Positions 10,601 through 19,873 of a stretch of 64,000 nt of DNA are shown here, one piece after another. Origin of the DNA: a virus (lineage: Duplodnaviria; Caudoviricetes); the IMG/VR virus record IMGVR_UViG_3300035507_000199, positions 12,201 to 76,200 of that record; one strand, 5' to 3'. How positions within the stretch are numbered: the stretch's first letter is position 1; each line of letters opens with the position of its first letter. The notes under the pieces were generated by a model, which worked only from the letters and a program-made list of their open reading frames with translations, was not told the DNA's origin and made no database searches. Made by a program: the position numbers and the translations under genes.

Positions 10601-13359
10601 ATAACTTGATATTTGTTACCATCTTCAACAGTCTGACTTGCTATTGCATAATAAACAGTGTCTGATTGAGCTTTCTCATTTTTATCTAAGACATAAGATA
10701 CTGTAGCAATACTGTATGATGAACTCTTATAAGCATCTTCTAGAACTGATTCTGCAGTAAATTCTGTGCCGTCTTCTCTTGTTCCGCCTTCAATCTCAAA
10801 CCAAGAAGGAGATCCACTGGTTTTTTGATAATATTTCACTCCATTAGCAAGATTTCTTTTAAGATCACTTAATTCTATGTTTTTATCAACCACATTATAT
10901 TGCGCATAGTAATAAACTCCAGGAATATAAATTCCATTATAATCATGTTCTGGAATTTTTGTTATTTCTATTGCATTTTCTGGATGATAAATTAAATAAG
11001 TTCTATTTTTGGTAACAGATAAAGAGTTATCTATTGTATATCCTTCTTTAGATGTTTGTTGTTCACCTTCCCACTCATCTTCTTTTTTATACCAATAAGT
11101 TTTTGGCGCATATTCGGCAGATAAACTAACAGGATCACTTATAGTAACATTATAATAAGTTTTTCCACTATAATATTTTGTATCATAAATATAATCAGAA
11201 TGCAATTTTATATAATTTGCTTTTGCAGCTTCTTTATCTGCATCTCCTTTAATACCTTCATAAATACTATCCGGAATATCTATGTTTCCAGTATAATCTC
11301 TATATCTGCATATTATTTCTTGTCCATTACTATCTTGTAATGTTGGTGGGAAAGGATTAAGATTAACTTCAGAATATTCATTCTCTACATTAAGATATCT
11401 TTCATAATACGGACCTTTACTTTCCTTTTCTGCTTGAACGTATGTATTATCATCTTTTTTAATAAAATATTCTAAAATATTTGCATTACTTGGTAAAGAA
11501 GATATTTCTTTATATTCATAATTCTTTTCTGAAAGTTCTGTATATTCATAAGTTTTATGTTTTCTATAATATTCCCCAGTAGACTTAACACAATAAATTC
11601 TATCTTCATTAAAAGCACTTATAGAATTATTTATATTTTCTGGATCAATAGAATCACTATCATTCACAGGAGCAATAATCATACCCATTAAATCATGTGC
11701 TGTATTAATAGATCCTGCTAATGTATTAACCGCAGCTGTATTGTATATGCTAGTACCATGTCCAACTAATCGCAGTCCTTGACGATTTAGAGTATTTTTT
11801 GCGTCTTCCCAAGAAATATCCATATTTCTTTTACTGGTTTTCTCAATTTCACTATTGGTTGCTCTACCTCCATAAACAAGATCCCAAACATGCGCTATAG
11901 TATCTCCAACACCTGGAAGCATAATAGAAAGTTCTTGAATATCTTCCATTGGTTTTAAATCTATAGAACCATCATGTGGATTATATACGGTTCCACTTAA
12001 TCCCGTAGGCAATAAAGAAATATTATCTTTTTGATCCCAGTCTACATTAGGATTATAATGGTTTCTTCCTGATACAGATAAATCTTCACTATAACTAATA
12101 AATTCAGAGTCAAAGCCATCTTTATTAAAATAAATTGCTGCATCTATAAAATTTTTATCAGTTCCCCATAATGAATTTGCTTCATTATAATAAGTTTCTA
12201 TTTTTTTATTTTCTGAACTAGAATAATAATCTCTTTTCCAATAAGTCTGTTGATCTGATGGATAAAAAGTTTCATCAGAAGTTAGTAAAGTTGAAGCATC
12301 TGATATCCAATTACCATTTTGATCAATTTGCGCTCCTTTTAAACCGCTATTCGCGGCTTTAATTCTTACGCCCCATTGAGGCTGCCAATGAACTTTATAA
12401 TAAACATTTGTGCTATCTGTATCGAAATGAGGAACGATTGGCAACATTGTTGGTGCATCTGCTGATATTGCAAACGTTGGTACAACAGTATTTAATTCTG
12501 CAACCATTACATATTTTTCTGAACCACTTGAATAAACTTTCTGCCAAACAGTTGAATCAAACCCTCTACTATCTCCATACCAAGCAGTATCTATTGCATA
12601 ATTTGTTGTATAATATGAAATAGAATCTCCATTATTGCTTGAATTTGCTGAAATTTCCTTCCACGTTATAGAATAATTCTCTCCTTGTCCAGAATTTGCA
12701 CTATCTGAAGTTACGCCTTCTTTTAAAGTGACAGAAGCAATCCAATATGTAATAACAGTATTTGTTGAATAACAATTTCCTGCTATTATAGGTAAAATTG
12801 TTCCACTTTCTGTATAACTTGAAAGGATATATAATAATCCATTTATCATATAAGTTTGATTCTCTTGCTGTAAATTAACTGGATCATAATTATCTTCTCT
12901 AGATTCTTTATATTTTTTAAAATCGTTTTCTGTTGCCCATGTGTAAGAATAAGAATCCCCTGCGGGGGCATTAACTTTTACATATAATGTATCTGTATTA
13001 GCATCAAAACGTCTACTATACGCAGGAACTCTTGCAACGGTTTTATCTTTAACAATATTTCCTGTTGTCGTTGCGCCTCCTACAACTTTAGTCTTAAATT
13101 CTTGTATAATAATAACATCATTTATTTGAGCAGTATTCACTCCTGAATACATGGTTTTGTCATCACAAAAAAATTGTTGAAAAACAATAACATCTTGTTT
13201 TTCAGCATATGTTGCACTATCATATTCAACTAATACAAATCTACCTGCATAAACTCCATCAAGTCCACAACTTAAATCCATTGTATATCTATTTGGATAC
13301 GTTTTATCAAACTGAAATTGAGTTCTTGATGTATTTGTTATATTACCATAAAATCCCAT
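7654..13359 (-). CDS. Large tail fibre / baseplate-associated protein (1901 aa) with internal repeats
   Basis: Tyr-rich repeats centrally; three to four YDxAGHI..TYTLP..ADxxxDTLTIN.GNKW repeats; acidic C-terminal repeat; tail-module context. Confidence 0.65.
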   Translation of the reverse strand: MGFYGNITNTSRTQFQFDKTYPNRYTMDLSCGLDGVYAGRFVLVEYDSATYAEKQDVIVFQQFFCDDKTMYSGVNTAQINDVIIIQEFKTKVVGGATTTGNIVKDKTVARVPAYSRRFDANTDTLYVKVNAPAGDSYSYTWATENDFKKYKESREDNYDPVNLQQENQTYMINGLLYILSSYTESGTILPIIAGNCYSTNTVITYWIASVTLKEGVTSDSANSGQGENYSITWKEISANSSNNGDSISYYTTNYAIDTAWYGDSRGFDSTVWQKVYSSGSEKYVMVAELNTVVPTFAISADAPTMLPIVPHFDTDSTNVYYKVHWQPQWGVRIKAANSGLKGAQIDQNGNWISDASTLLTSDETFYPSDQQTYWKRDYYSSSENKKIETYYNEANSLWGTDKNFIDAAIYFNKDGFDSEFISYSEDLSVSGRNHYNPNVDWDQKDNISLLPTGLSGTVYNPHDGSIDLKPMEDIQELSIMLPGVGDTIAHVWDLVYGGRATNSEIEKTSKRNMDISWEDAKNTLNRQGLRLVGHGTSIYNTAAVNTLAGSINTAHDLMGMIIAPVNDSDSIDPENINNSISAFNEDRIYCVKSTGEYYRKHKTYEYTELSEKNYEYKEISSLPSNANILEYFIKKDDNTYVQAEKESKGPYYERYLNVENEYSEVNLNPFPPTLQDSNGQEIICRYRDYTGNIDIPDSIYEGIKGDADKEAAKANYIKLHSDYIYDTKYYSGKTYYNVTISDPVSLSAEYAPKTYWYKKEDEWEGEQQTSKEGYTIDNSLSVTKNRTYLIYHPENAIEITKIPEHDYNGIYIPGVYYYAQYNVVDKNIELSDLKRNLANGVKYYQKTSGSPSWFEIEGGTREDGTEFTAESVLEDAYKSSSYSIATVSYVLDKNEKAQSDTVYYAIASQTVEDGNKYQVITVYEKIDVDETNYISGLYYIYDNNIYKLSSDPYDASKQYYRKTEKLEPVTNSIVLDLGKPLNLISFVDGLFYTYSSEVSTGSQSFDVVRKTDIDPKKDTTYYILGYNKETGSIKQEDLEESDKAFTQQSEFYQSGVYHYESDGSYLLATNKSYMEDRAPYFTLIDAEKVELKDVYEPYEYYEKETINGEDNYTLVKDDTISDQTTLYKRDSLYVMEDETGTYNKGAIWNFEAKKVPATIVLGKRTDAWDMVKLKDYAKNLNTQNGLILKTNQVLEYDDDLTRDTRTVNGCINYLQDIIARFHKMVPGQIMIVDDYGRLHSAKFETNQWLPFIIDSSVNEPKITLTHYQQEEIATSSSEIDFNKTESAFSVSTLSYDNAGHITSEEKCTYTLPNSFKTFTIGTSSLTDKSLNLAGDIVADSITDTLTINSGNKWITLGANVDSDTLTIGHEIHSINTDELTTNLNNLKENVIQNTIIINDIAFDNAGHATNNQPHTYTLPYGFKYIKTNGREDDEDKNKKINATTSPTTTTVEADNTQDTLTLNSGNKWIRIDTVDGTTNSLTFSHDIHTITTSTSTVDFNASASGNTFSIPTLSYDDAGHITSKATCTYTLPNSFKTFTIGSASSLTTESSSSAGNIVADSITDTLTINPGNRWITLKADANNDTLTIGHASAGVASTSKGDTSDQTPNFGITFKVPSIGIDEMGHVKNLADHTVKIPLLSLSNNENGNVVTNLTLTASTGAFAESKAYIGSLSITGFTHSYSGATLLSNTDSLNTALASLEKAILDEIDSRKTAIQNLDKTAVSAGTGQIIATVSQEDGIVSASVRDLLVEDIPQLTVEKLPDNIPLSKIDTTGTMASESVENYLTKKEIENTYQPIEGLGTIVSKDIEDFIASDAVFDYSEFEDLEDSESENLENNESENLNDDESENLEDSDSDNPENNEPKTTIEWLFKKVYSLEQRIQELELKLSTEEEVEETEEE
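8594..9502. repeat. Intragenic direct repeat (~245 bp; copies 8594-8842 and 9257-9502)
   Basis: Visibly similar copies sharing an identical 41-mer at 8653-8693 and 9316-9356. Confidence 0.85.
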
Positions 13360-13363
13360 TTAA

Positions 13364-13714
13364 TCAGTCCTCCCCATTATCATAAATAATATCCACTATT
13401 AGATATGCGTTATTATTTTCTGCAATTAATTTCATTGAATTTGCATCAAAAGAAATTGCACTAATTTCAGTTTGTTCATTTAAGTCTAATTCATAGATTC
13501 CTGTGCTACCTATAATGATAGGGTCAACCCCATCATTAAGGTAGAACTTAGTCCCAGGAAGTGCCTGAATACCTAACTGAAGAACTGGAAAATTATCTCC
13601 AAAAACAGAACCAGAAACAAAACTTGAACGCTCTGCATTTGTAGGCTGATTTGTAGATAGCCCTGTACCTGATGGCTCATTATAGTAACGATATTGTTTT
13701 ACTTTCTTTGCCAT
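13364..13714 (-). CDS. Hypothetical tail-module protein (116 aa)
   Basis: RBS and tight packing; LGIQALPGTKFYLN..IIIGSTGIYEL resembles MMPGSMIFID..IKIGATGSY in the 877-aa protein. Confidence 0.6.
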   Translation of the reverse strand: MAKKVKQYRYYNEPSGTGLSTNQPTNAERSSFVSGSVFGDNFPVLQLGIQALPGTKFYLNDGVDPIIIGSTGIYELDLNEQTEISAISFDANSMKLIAENNNAYLIVDIIYDNGED

Positions 13715-13729
13715 ATTCTCCTTATCCTC

Positions 13730-16624
13730 CTAATATATTCTATCTACAGCTTTAGTCGCTGTAATTGACATTGTCCCATTATAATTTAATGGTAAGCTAA
13801 TTCTCGTAATAATATACTCACCATTAATACCACTATTATCATCTCGTATAAATATTCTTGTATTTGGTTGAAGATAATACACTGGTAATGCATTAATAGT
13901 AATTGTTTCTGTACAATAAGAATATTGATAGATAAAATCATCTAATGCATCTTGCGCAGATTTTCCTTGAGAACTAATAGTAAATAAATTTTCTAAATAA
14001 CTTTGTAATTTAAAAAATGTATATCCAGGTTTCAAGTCTTTCTGCTTATCTATTTCTTCCTGTATTTTTTCTTGGATTTCTTCTTCTGTTAATGGCCCTA
14101 AAGTATTATCTTTAGCCATTTCAACTTCCCATGCCTCTCTAATATCATCTTCAATCTGCGCAGGATCCAAAAAAATAACAGTCGGAGTATCTCTAAAATA
14201 AATGGCTTTTACATCAGAGTCATTAACAGATTTAGGCCTATCTCCAACATTATGAACTGAATATTGTGAAAGATCTCCACCATCATTATCTAAAAAATCA
14301 AACCAGAAATTTAAACTTTCTGGAGATTCTTTTACAGTTTTACTCCAATAAGACTCTTTATCAAACTCATCTTCAACTTTATAATAATAAATTCTATCAA
14401 GGTCAAAGGCATCACTAGAACTACCTTGTTTTAAATAATAAAAACTTGTTTTATTTTTATTAAAAGTCTCCTCTGAAATTTTTCTTACTGTATAAGTTCC
14501 ATATAATGTTAATGAATAATATTGATTTTTTGAATTATATTCATCATCTTCAGTGCATTGAACATACCAATAATAATCACTTGGATTACTTTCATATGCA
14601 GATTTATAGCATCCAGATATTGAATAGGTATAAGTATAATCTGGGTTATATAAATCCCTCCAGAAAGAATATAAATCAGTATAATATATTTCATATCCAG
14701 TATATCCACTAGAATAAAAATTTGGATTATTATTTGCAATATTTGATATAAAATCATCTTCTTTATGATGTTGCATATAATCAACTGCCATTTGATAAAT
14801 AATTTCACGCCAATCACAAATAGTAGCTTCCATATTTGCAAGTTTGTCTTTTACTTCATCAGTAATTTCTGATTCTGGTAATTTAGGTTTATAAATATAT
14901 GAAGTCCAACCTTGTTGATATTTACTGTTTAATAATTGTTTATAGGTATGATAGCAAGACATATGATTTGTAGTCACATCAACATATTTACTTGGATTGT
15001 GCGCTGTATAAGCTAAATCATTATCAGAGTTAACATCAAATAAAAATAAAGGTCTATCTGCATCCCAGCTAAGTCCTGCGCCTGTTCCAAAATATTTAGT
15101 CAAATCAATTTTTGTATATTCTGTCCAATAATTACTTAAAGTTTTATCTGGAAGTTCACCAGTTAAATATTCATAATATTTTGCCCAGTCTTCAATCTCC
15201 CACCAATCATCATTTAGTCCCTCTGGCATTACATGCGTCCTAAAAGTTTCTTTAGTAATAGTAGAAGATCCAGAAGAACCAAGATTATCCATATTTTCAT
15301 AATACTCTTGTGTCATATAAATATGTCCACCTAAAGTTTTATAAATATAAGGCTTTTTATCTATTGCATATCTTAAATGAACTGGAAGTTCTGAACCGCT
15401 TACTGATGTGCGCGTTCCCCAAATTGAAAAATCATTTTTTAAATTTGCTAAATTCGGAGAATTTGAAAATGAAGTAATTAAATTACTATCGTCAAATGAA
15501 TAATCGTCCGCAGATAAATAGGCTGAATTTTCTACATATGTTTCATCATTTGTAGTAATAATATTATTCCATGATACATTGGAATATGTCTTTTTTCTTT
15601 GAAATATAAATCTACCATCAATATCATAAAAATATTCAAAATCACCTAACATACTTACAATTTTATCAAGACATGAAGAAGTTAATGACTCTCCTACATT
15701 TCCAATTAAATCTCCTGCATAAGTTAATGAAGTTTCTCTATATCCAACTACATCTCCATAAGTGACCCTAATCACTGAATACGGAGTGCGTGTTGAATCT
15801 TGATTTACATAAATATAAGTGGGATTATTTATAGTTGTATCTAAAGAAATTCTATGATCATAACTGCCTTGTAATTCTTCAATATTTCCTAATGTTATAT
15901 TCTTATAAAGAACTCCGTTTATATAGCCATAATATCCGCCTTGATTTTCATTAAAAGACATACCCGTTACTTCACTAGTGTTTTGATTTACAATAAGAAA
16001 CATATCAGTTGAACCTCGATATTCCAAAAGTTCAACACCACAATCTTCCAAATCATTGATTACAATATTATGATAAGGTTCTTGCGCGAATTCATGCACT
16101 ACCTCTCTAATAATATCTTTAATTTCAATAGGCTCATTAACAGTATCACCTTCTGCGGTAATGTAATCCATCGTACCAAAATCATATGTTAATGAATATA
16201 TAGAACCTCCAATATCTCCATTCAACAAACACATTTTATCTTTTCCGGAAATTGAAATAGTATAAGAAGATGTTCCTTGAGATGTACTAAATGAAGTAAT
16301 TAAATAAACACCTTGTGGAAACCAAATAATATCTGGATATTCACTATTTATTTTATTCTTCATTCCAACAGCAAGTTTGAATTTTGTATTCATGCCCCAA
16401 TAATATTCATGAATATTCATTTCTTGCGCGACCATAGATAAGGAGCATGTGCGGCGGACCGCAGAGGTTCCATCAATGCTGACAGAACCTTGCGTTACTC
16501 TACCTGATACTTCTTCTACTGGATTTTCATTCAAATCTAAGGCAATAATTTTAGTATATATTTCACGCTCTTTTTGATTATCCAATTCTTTTAAGAAGTC
16601 TTTATCGTATAAAGGATTTCTCAT
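13730..16624 (-). CDS. Putative tail tip/hub protein (964 aa)
   Basis: N-terminal GSVSIDGTSAVRRTCSL and EYFYDIDGRFIFQ; C-terminal PVYYLQPNTRI..GEYIITRISLPL typical of Tal/hub-like proteins; synteny. Confidence 0.6.
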   Translation of the reverse strand: MRNPLYDKDFLKELDNQKEREIYTKIIALDLNENPVEEVSGRVTQGSVSIDGTSAVRRTCSLSMVAQEMNIHEYYWGMNTKFKLAVGMKNKINSEYPDIIWFPQGVYLITSFSTSQGTSSYTISISGKDKMCLLNGDIGGSIYSLTYDFGTMDYITAEGDTVNEPIEIKDIIREVVHEFAQEPYHNIVINDLEDCGVELLEYRGSTDMFLIVNQNTSEVTGMSFNENQGGYYGYINGVLYKNITLGNIEELQGSYDHRISLDTTINNPTYIYVNQDSTRTPYSVIRVTYGDVVGYRETSLTYAGDLIGNVGESLTSSCLDKIVSMLGDFEYFYDIDGRFIFQRKKTYSNVSWNNIITTNDETYVENSAYLSADDYSFDDSNLITSFSNSPNLANLKNDFSIWGTRTSVSGSELPVHLRYAIDKKPYIYKTLGGHIYMTQEYYENMDNLGSSGSSTITKETFRTHVMPEGLNDDWWEIEDWAKYYEYLTGELPDKTLSNYWTEYTKIDLTKYFGTGAGLSWDADRPLFLFDVNSDNDLAYTAHNPSKYVDVTTNHMSCYHTYKQLLNSKYQQGWTSYIYKPKLPESEITDEVKDKLANMEATICDWREIIYQMAVDYMQHHKEDDFISNIANNNPNFYSSGYTGYEIYYTDLYSFWRDLYNPDYTYTYSISGCYKSAYESNPSDYYWYVQCTEDDEYNSKNQYYSLTLYGTYTVRKISEETFNKNKTSFYYLKQGSSSDAFDLDRIYYYKVEDEFDKESYWSKTVKESPESLNFWFDFLDNDGGDLSQYSVHNVGDRPKSVNDSDVKAIYFRDTPTVIFLDPAQIEDDIREAWEVEMAKDNTLGPLTEEEIQEKIQEEIDKQKDLKPGYTFFKLQSYLENLFTISSQGKSAQDALDDFIYQYSYCTETITINALPVYYLQPNTRIFIRDDNSGINGEYIITRISLPLNYNGTMSITATKAVDRIY

Positions 16625-19254
16625 TCTATGCCATTCTCCTTCCTATATGTCGTAATAGCTGAATCTAGGCTACGAATAAAATCTTTATAATATTGTTTTA
16701 CATTACTTCTTGCCAGCTCTACGTCACTCTCTTCTTTATTTACATCAGATTTAACTTTTTTATACTCTGAAAGATACGTATTATAATCACCTTTTGCAGC
16801 AATTACTTCAGATTCACCGCTTTCGTCACTTTCAAATGAATAGGTTGAAATTTGTTTTGAATATCCTATTTCAGATATTACTCCATTTTGAGGAATAATG
16901 ATTTTAACATCATCTAAAGAAGATAGTTCATATTTTTCAGTTTCAGTTATATCAATAGCTTCTCCATCAATAAAAATCTGGAACAAATCATCTGTTATTT
17001 CCACCGGCATTTGATCTAAGCCTTTTTGTCCATCAAGATAATAATTTAAATAAGGTGAAAATATTGCTGAATTTGCATCAACATAGACTCCCTCTCCTGG
17101 AATTTTTCTTTCATCCGTTCTTTTGCATCTAATTTGATAAAGCTTTAAAGTATCTAAGGAAGTAACTATATTATTACATCCTGCATCACTATAATAAGTA
17201 TATTTAGTATTTGGATTAAAATCTTTTTCACTTGTAGCTTCACAAAAAACATATTCAACATCTCGTTTTATAAATCTTGCCATAGATAATTTTAAAACTG
17301 TAGTTTTAATATCTTGAATATATGAATATATATCAGTAATTTCATATAAATCTTTATTTTCTTTTGATGGGGCTTTTACAACTCCAATAAGTTGCTGACA
17401 AGGAACATCTTCAATACTGATTTGTTGAATAAGACCAAATACACTAACAGCTTTAGTTTGATAACTATAAGTTAATAATCCATAAGAGAGAGAATCTGTA
17501 GCGACTTCAATTTTACTAAAAGGTGTTGTTGTAGCTTGCGCTGAATATGATCCAGTAGCTCCAATCTTGATAGGTTCTCCGTCTATAAAAATCATTGATC
17601 CTGGCATCATATCCACAAAAAATACTGAATAAGCTACTTTATCATTTATTTGAATTTTTTCAACTCCAGAATTATAATTATCATCTTTTGAAATATCATA
17701 CTTACTTGTATCAATCTTTGTTAAATCAATAGTAGTCCATCTTGTCATAGTTTTAAGGTTTTCTGTCGGATCAATAAGACCATAATATTCAAGATTGTCT
17801 GTTGTATAATCGGCAATCTCATATGCAGTACAACTAAATGTATGGAGCATGCGGCCGACCGTATCATTTGGACTCAAAGATACATTCATTAATCGAACAA
17901 TAAAGTTACCTTCTGTTGGAGACCTAAATATCTTTGCATTACCATCTGTAAGCCATTCTAAAACAGCTGTCTTAAAGATTCTTTCAGCCGTAATATTTTC
18001 ACCAGTTAAATCTGTAATGTTTGAGGAAATCCCCAACTCTTCCTTGGTCATGAATAATTCTGCTTCGTCCATTTGATAAGAAATTAGTCCAGAAAGAGCT
18101 AACTCAACATAGTTAACGTTTCCATTTCTTGTTACAAATGGATGTTTACTTCCCATTGTTTCGGTTTTAGTTTCAAGTATATCATGCTTAAAAGTTGAAA
18201 CTTTAGGATTAAAACGAATCTTTAATTGGCGTTCGCCATCATATAAAAAAGCATCTTCAAAGTCAGCAAAAATGTCTTTAGAACAAAGTCTATCTGAGTA
18301 AATTCCATTTTCATTATATTGCTGTAATGAATATCTATATGTCGCTCCTTGCTCAATCGTACAATCAAGAAGACTCCATTGATCCGGAATCATTGACTGA
18401 AGATTAAATCTTCTAAATTCTTCCCAAGCATATCCATTTAAACTACTTGCACGAGAAATTAAGAAAGTTCCAGAAACGACACTATCAATAGTATCATTCA
18501 TAGTTAATAGAATGTTCCCATTATCTGGGTCTAATGTAGCAACTAATTCAGCATTAATTTCTGGATTAATAGATCTTCGTTGCATTATTCTATATCTATT
18601 AGAACTTTTTTCTAACCCATTTGTTGTGGTAACAGAAAATTGAATATAGTATGAAGTGTCAAGATTTAAATCCATAGATAATACAAATTCTTCTTGAGAT
18701 TCATTAGGAATAATATCATTATTTATATTATGAATAATCTCCCCAGAATCTTTTATGATATTATCATCATTATCATAAACTTTAAATCTTGATGAATACA
18801 TTTTTTCAGTTGAATCTTGACCATCGCTTGCTTGACTATAAACTCCTACATATCTATAATTATGCATATTAACAGAACCAAAAGTCAATCCACTAATTTC
18901 TACAACTGGTTCAGTTGTATATTTTACAACTCCAACAGTAGAATAATAGCCAATTACACTTTGCTTATTAATATAAGCTAACTGTATTTTATAATATTGC
19001 CCAATATTTAGTTGACTTTGAATTGAGCTTACATTAAATTTAACATACATATCTGACTGAATATCATAATCAGTTGAATTTAAGGTTCCTAAAACCGCAA
19101 TCTGATTTCCACTTACAGTCTTTATTTTTAATTTAAATCCAGCTACTTCTATTCTTGACACTGCTCTATTCATAGAAAACGGGACCACTAAAGTGGTCCC
19201 GCAGAAAGCCGGAATTGTGCCTCCTATGCTAGGCGGGTACAATTTTGTAGCCAT
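16621..19254 (-). CDS. Putative baseplate / distal-tail protein (877 aa)
   Basis: Beta-rich N-terminal half then a Dit-like segment (ETMGSKHPFV..KIFRSPTEGNFIVRLMNVS); 4-nt overlap with next gene; synteny. Confidence 0.55.
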   Translation of the reverse strand: MATKLYPPSIGGTIPAFCGTTLVVPFSMNRAVSRIEVAGFKLKIKTVSGNQIAVLGTLNSTDYDIQSDMYVKFNVSSIQSQLNIGQYYKIQLAYINKQSVIGYYSTVGVVKYTTEPVVEISGLTFGSVNMHNYRYVGVYSQASDGQDSTEKMYSSRFKVYDNDDNIIKDSGEIIHNINNDIIPNESQEEFVLSMDLNLDTSYYIQFSVTTTNGLEKSSNRYRIMQRRSINPEINAELVATLDPDNGNILLTMNDTIDSVVSGTFLISRASSLNGYAWEEFRRFNLQSMIPDQWSLLDCTIEQGATYRYSLQQYNENGIYSDRLCSKDIFADFEDAFLYDGERQLKIRFNPKVSTFKHDILETKTETMGSKHPFVTRNGNVNYVELALSGLISYQMDEAELFMTKEELGISSNITDLTGENITAERIFKTAVLEWLTDGNAKIFRSPTEGNFIVRLMNVSLSPNDTVGRMLHTFSCTAYEIADYTTDNLEYYGLIDPTENLKTMTRWTTIDLTKIDTSKYDISKDDNYNSGVEKIQINDKVAYSVFFVDMMPGSMIFIDGEPIKIGATGSYSAQATTTPFSKIEVATDSLSYGLLTYSYQTKAVSVFGLIQQISIEDVPCQQLIGVVKAPSKENKDLYEITDIYSYIQDIKTTVLKLSMARFIKRDVEYVFCEATSEKDFNPNTKYTYYSDAGCNNIVTSLDTLKLYQIRCKRTDERKIPGEGVYVDANSAIFSPYLNYYLDGQKGLDQMPVEITDDLFQIFIDGEAIDITETEKYELSSLDDVKIIIPQNGVISEIGYSKQISTYSFESDESGESEVIAAKGDYNTYLSEYKKVKSDVNKEESDVELARSNVKQYYKDFIRSLDSAITTYRKENGIE

Positions 19255-19259
19255 ATTCT

Positions 19260-19463
19260 TTACTCCTCTTTTTCTGTTTCAGTTTCCTCTTCTGCAATCG
19301 GAACCTCTTCAAGTTCCACTCCGAGAGATTTTGCGGTCTCAGAGATAATTCCCTGTAAAGCTTCAAGGCATTTAGCCATCATAAGTGTGTCTTTTCCTTT
19401 TGTTGAAATTAATAAAAGGGTATTATATGTTTTAATAAGTTCTGAAATCTGTTCTGTAGTCAT
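19260..19463 (-). CDS. Hypothetical protein (67 aa)
   Basis: Start moved to ATG 19463 behind AGGAGGAG RBS. Confidence 0.6.
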   Translation of the reverse strand: MTTEQISELIKTYNTLLLISTKGKDTLMMAKCLEALQGIISETAKSLGVELEEVPIAEEETETEKEE

Positions 19464-19467
19464 TATA

Positions 19468-19857
19468 TTACTCCTCCTCTTCTGGTTCTTCAATCATAAA
19501 AAGAATAGCCTGCATCTGTTTAGTTGAAATCTGAGTATTATCAAATGCATCAAGTTTAATAGGATAAATCTTTACTTCCTGCTCAAGATTAAAAAGATCT
19601 TCAAGTTCTTTACTTGCCTGTTCAATATTCTCTGGTGGAATCTGAAATCCTTGACCGTCTTCATTTAATTCTCCATAATGCTGAGCAATCTTCATACGAG
19701 ACTCCTCAACCGATTTCGCCAACTCTGTAAGAGTAGTAATATTTTTCTGTAAATAGAAATTTACCTTAATTGGAAGGTAAAGTTCCTCATCATTAAAAGC
19801 ATCTCCTAAAAGAGTTGCATAATTATAAATTTCATTGTTTGTAAAAATTTTTGTCAT
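19468..19857 (-). CDS. Hypothetical phage protein (DUF1617-like, possible tail chaperone; 129 aa)
   Basis: Start moved to ATG 19857 behind AAGGAG..AAGGA; FTNNEIY..LPIKVNFYLQKN..ELEDLFNLEQEV pattern. Confidence 0.5.
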   Translation of the reverse strand: MTKIFTNNEIYNYATLLGDAFNDEELYLPIKVNFYLQKNITTLTELAKSVEESRMKIAQHYGELNEDGQGFQIPPENIEQASKELEDLFNLEQEVKIYPIKLDAFDNTQISTKQMQAILFMIEEPEEEE

Positions 19858-19873
19858 ATCCTTTTTCTCCTTT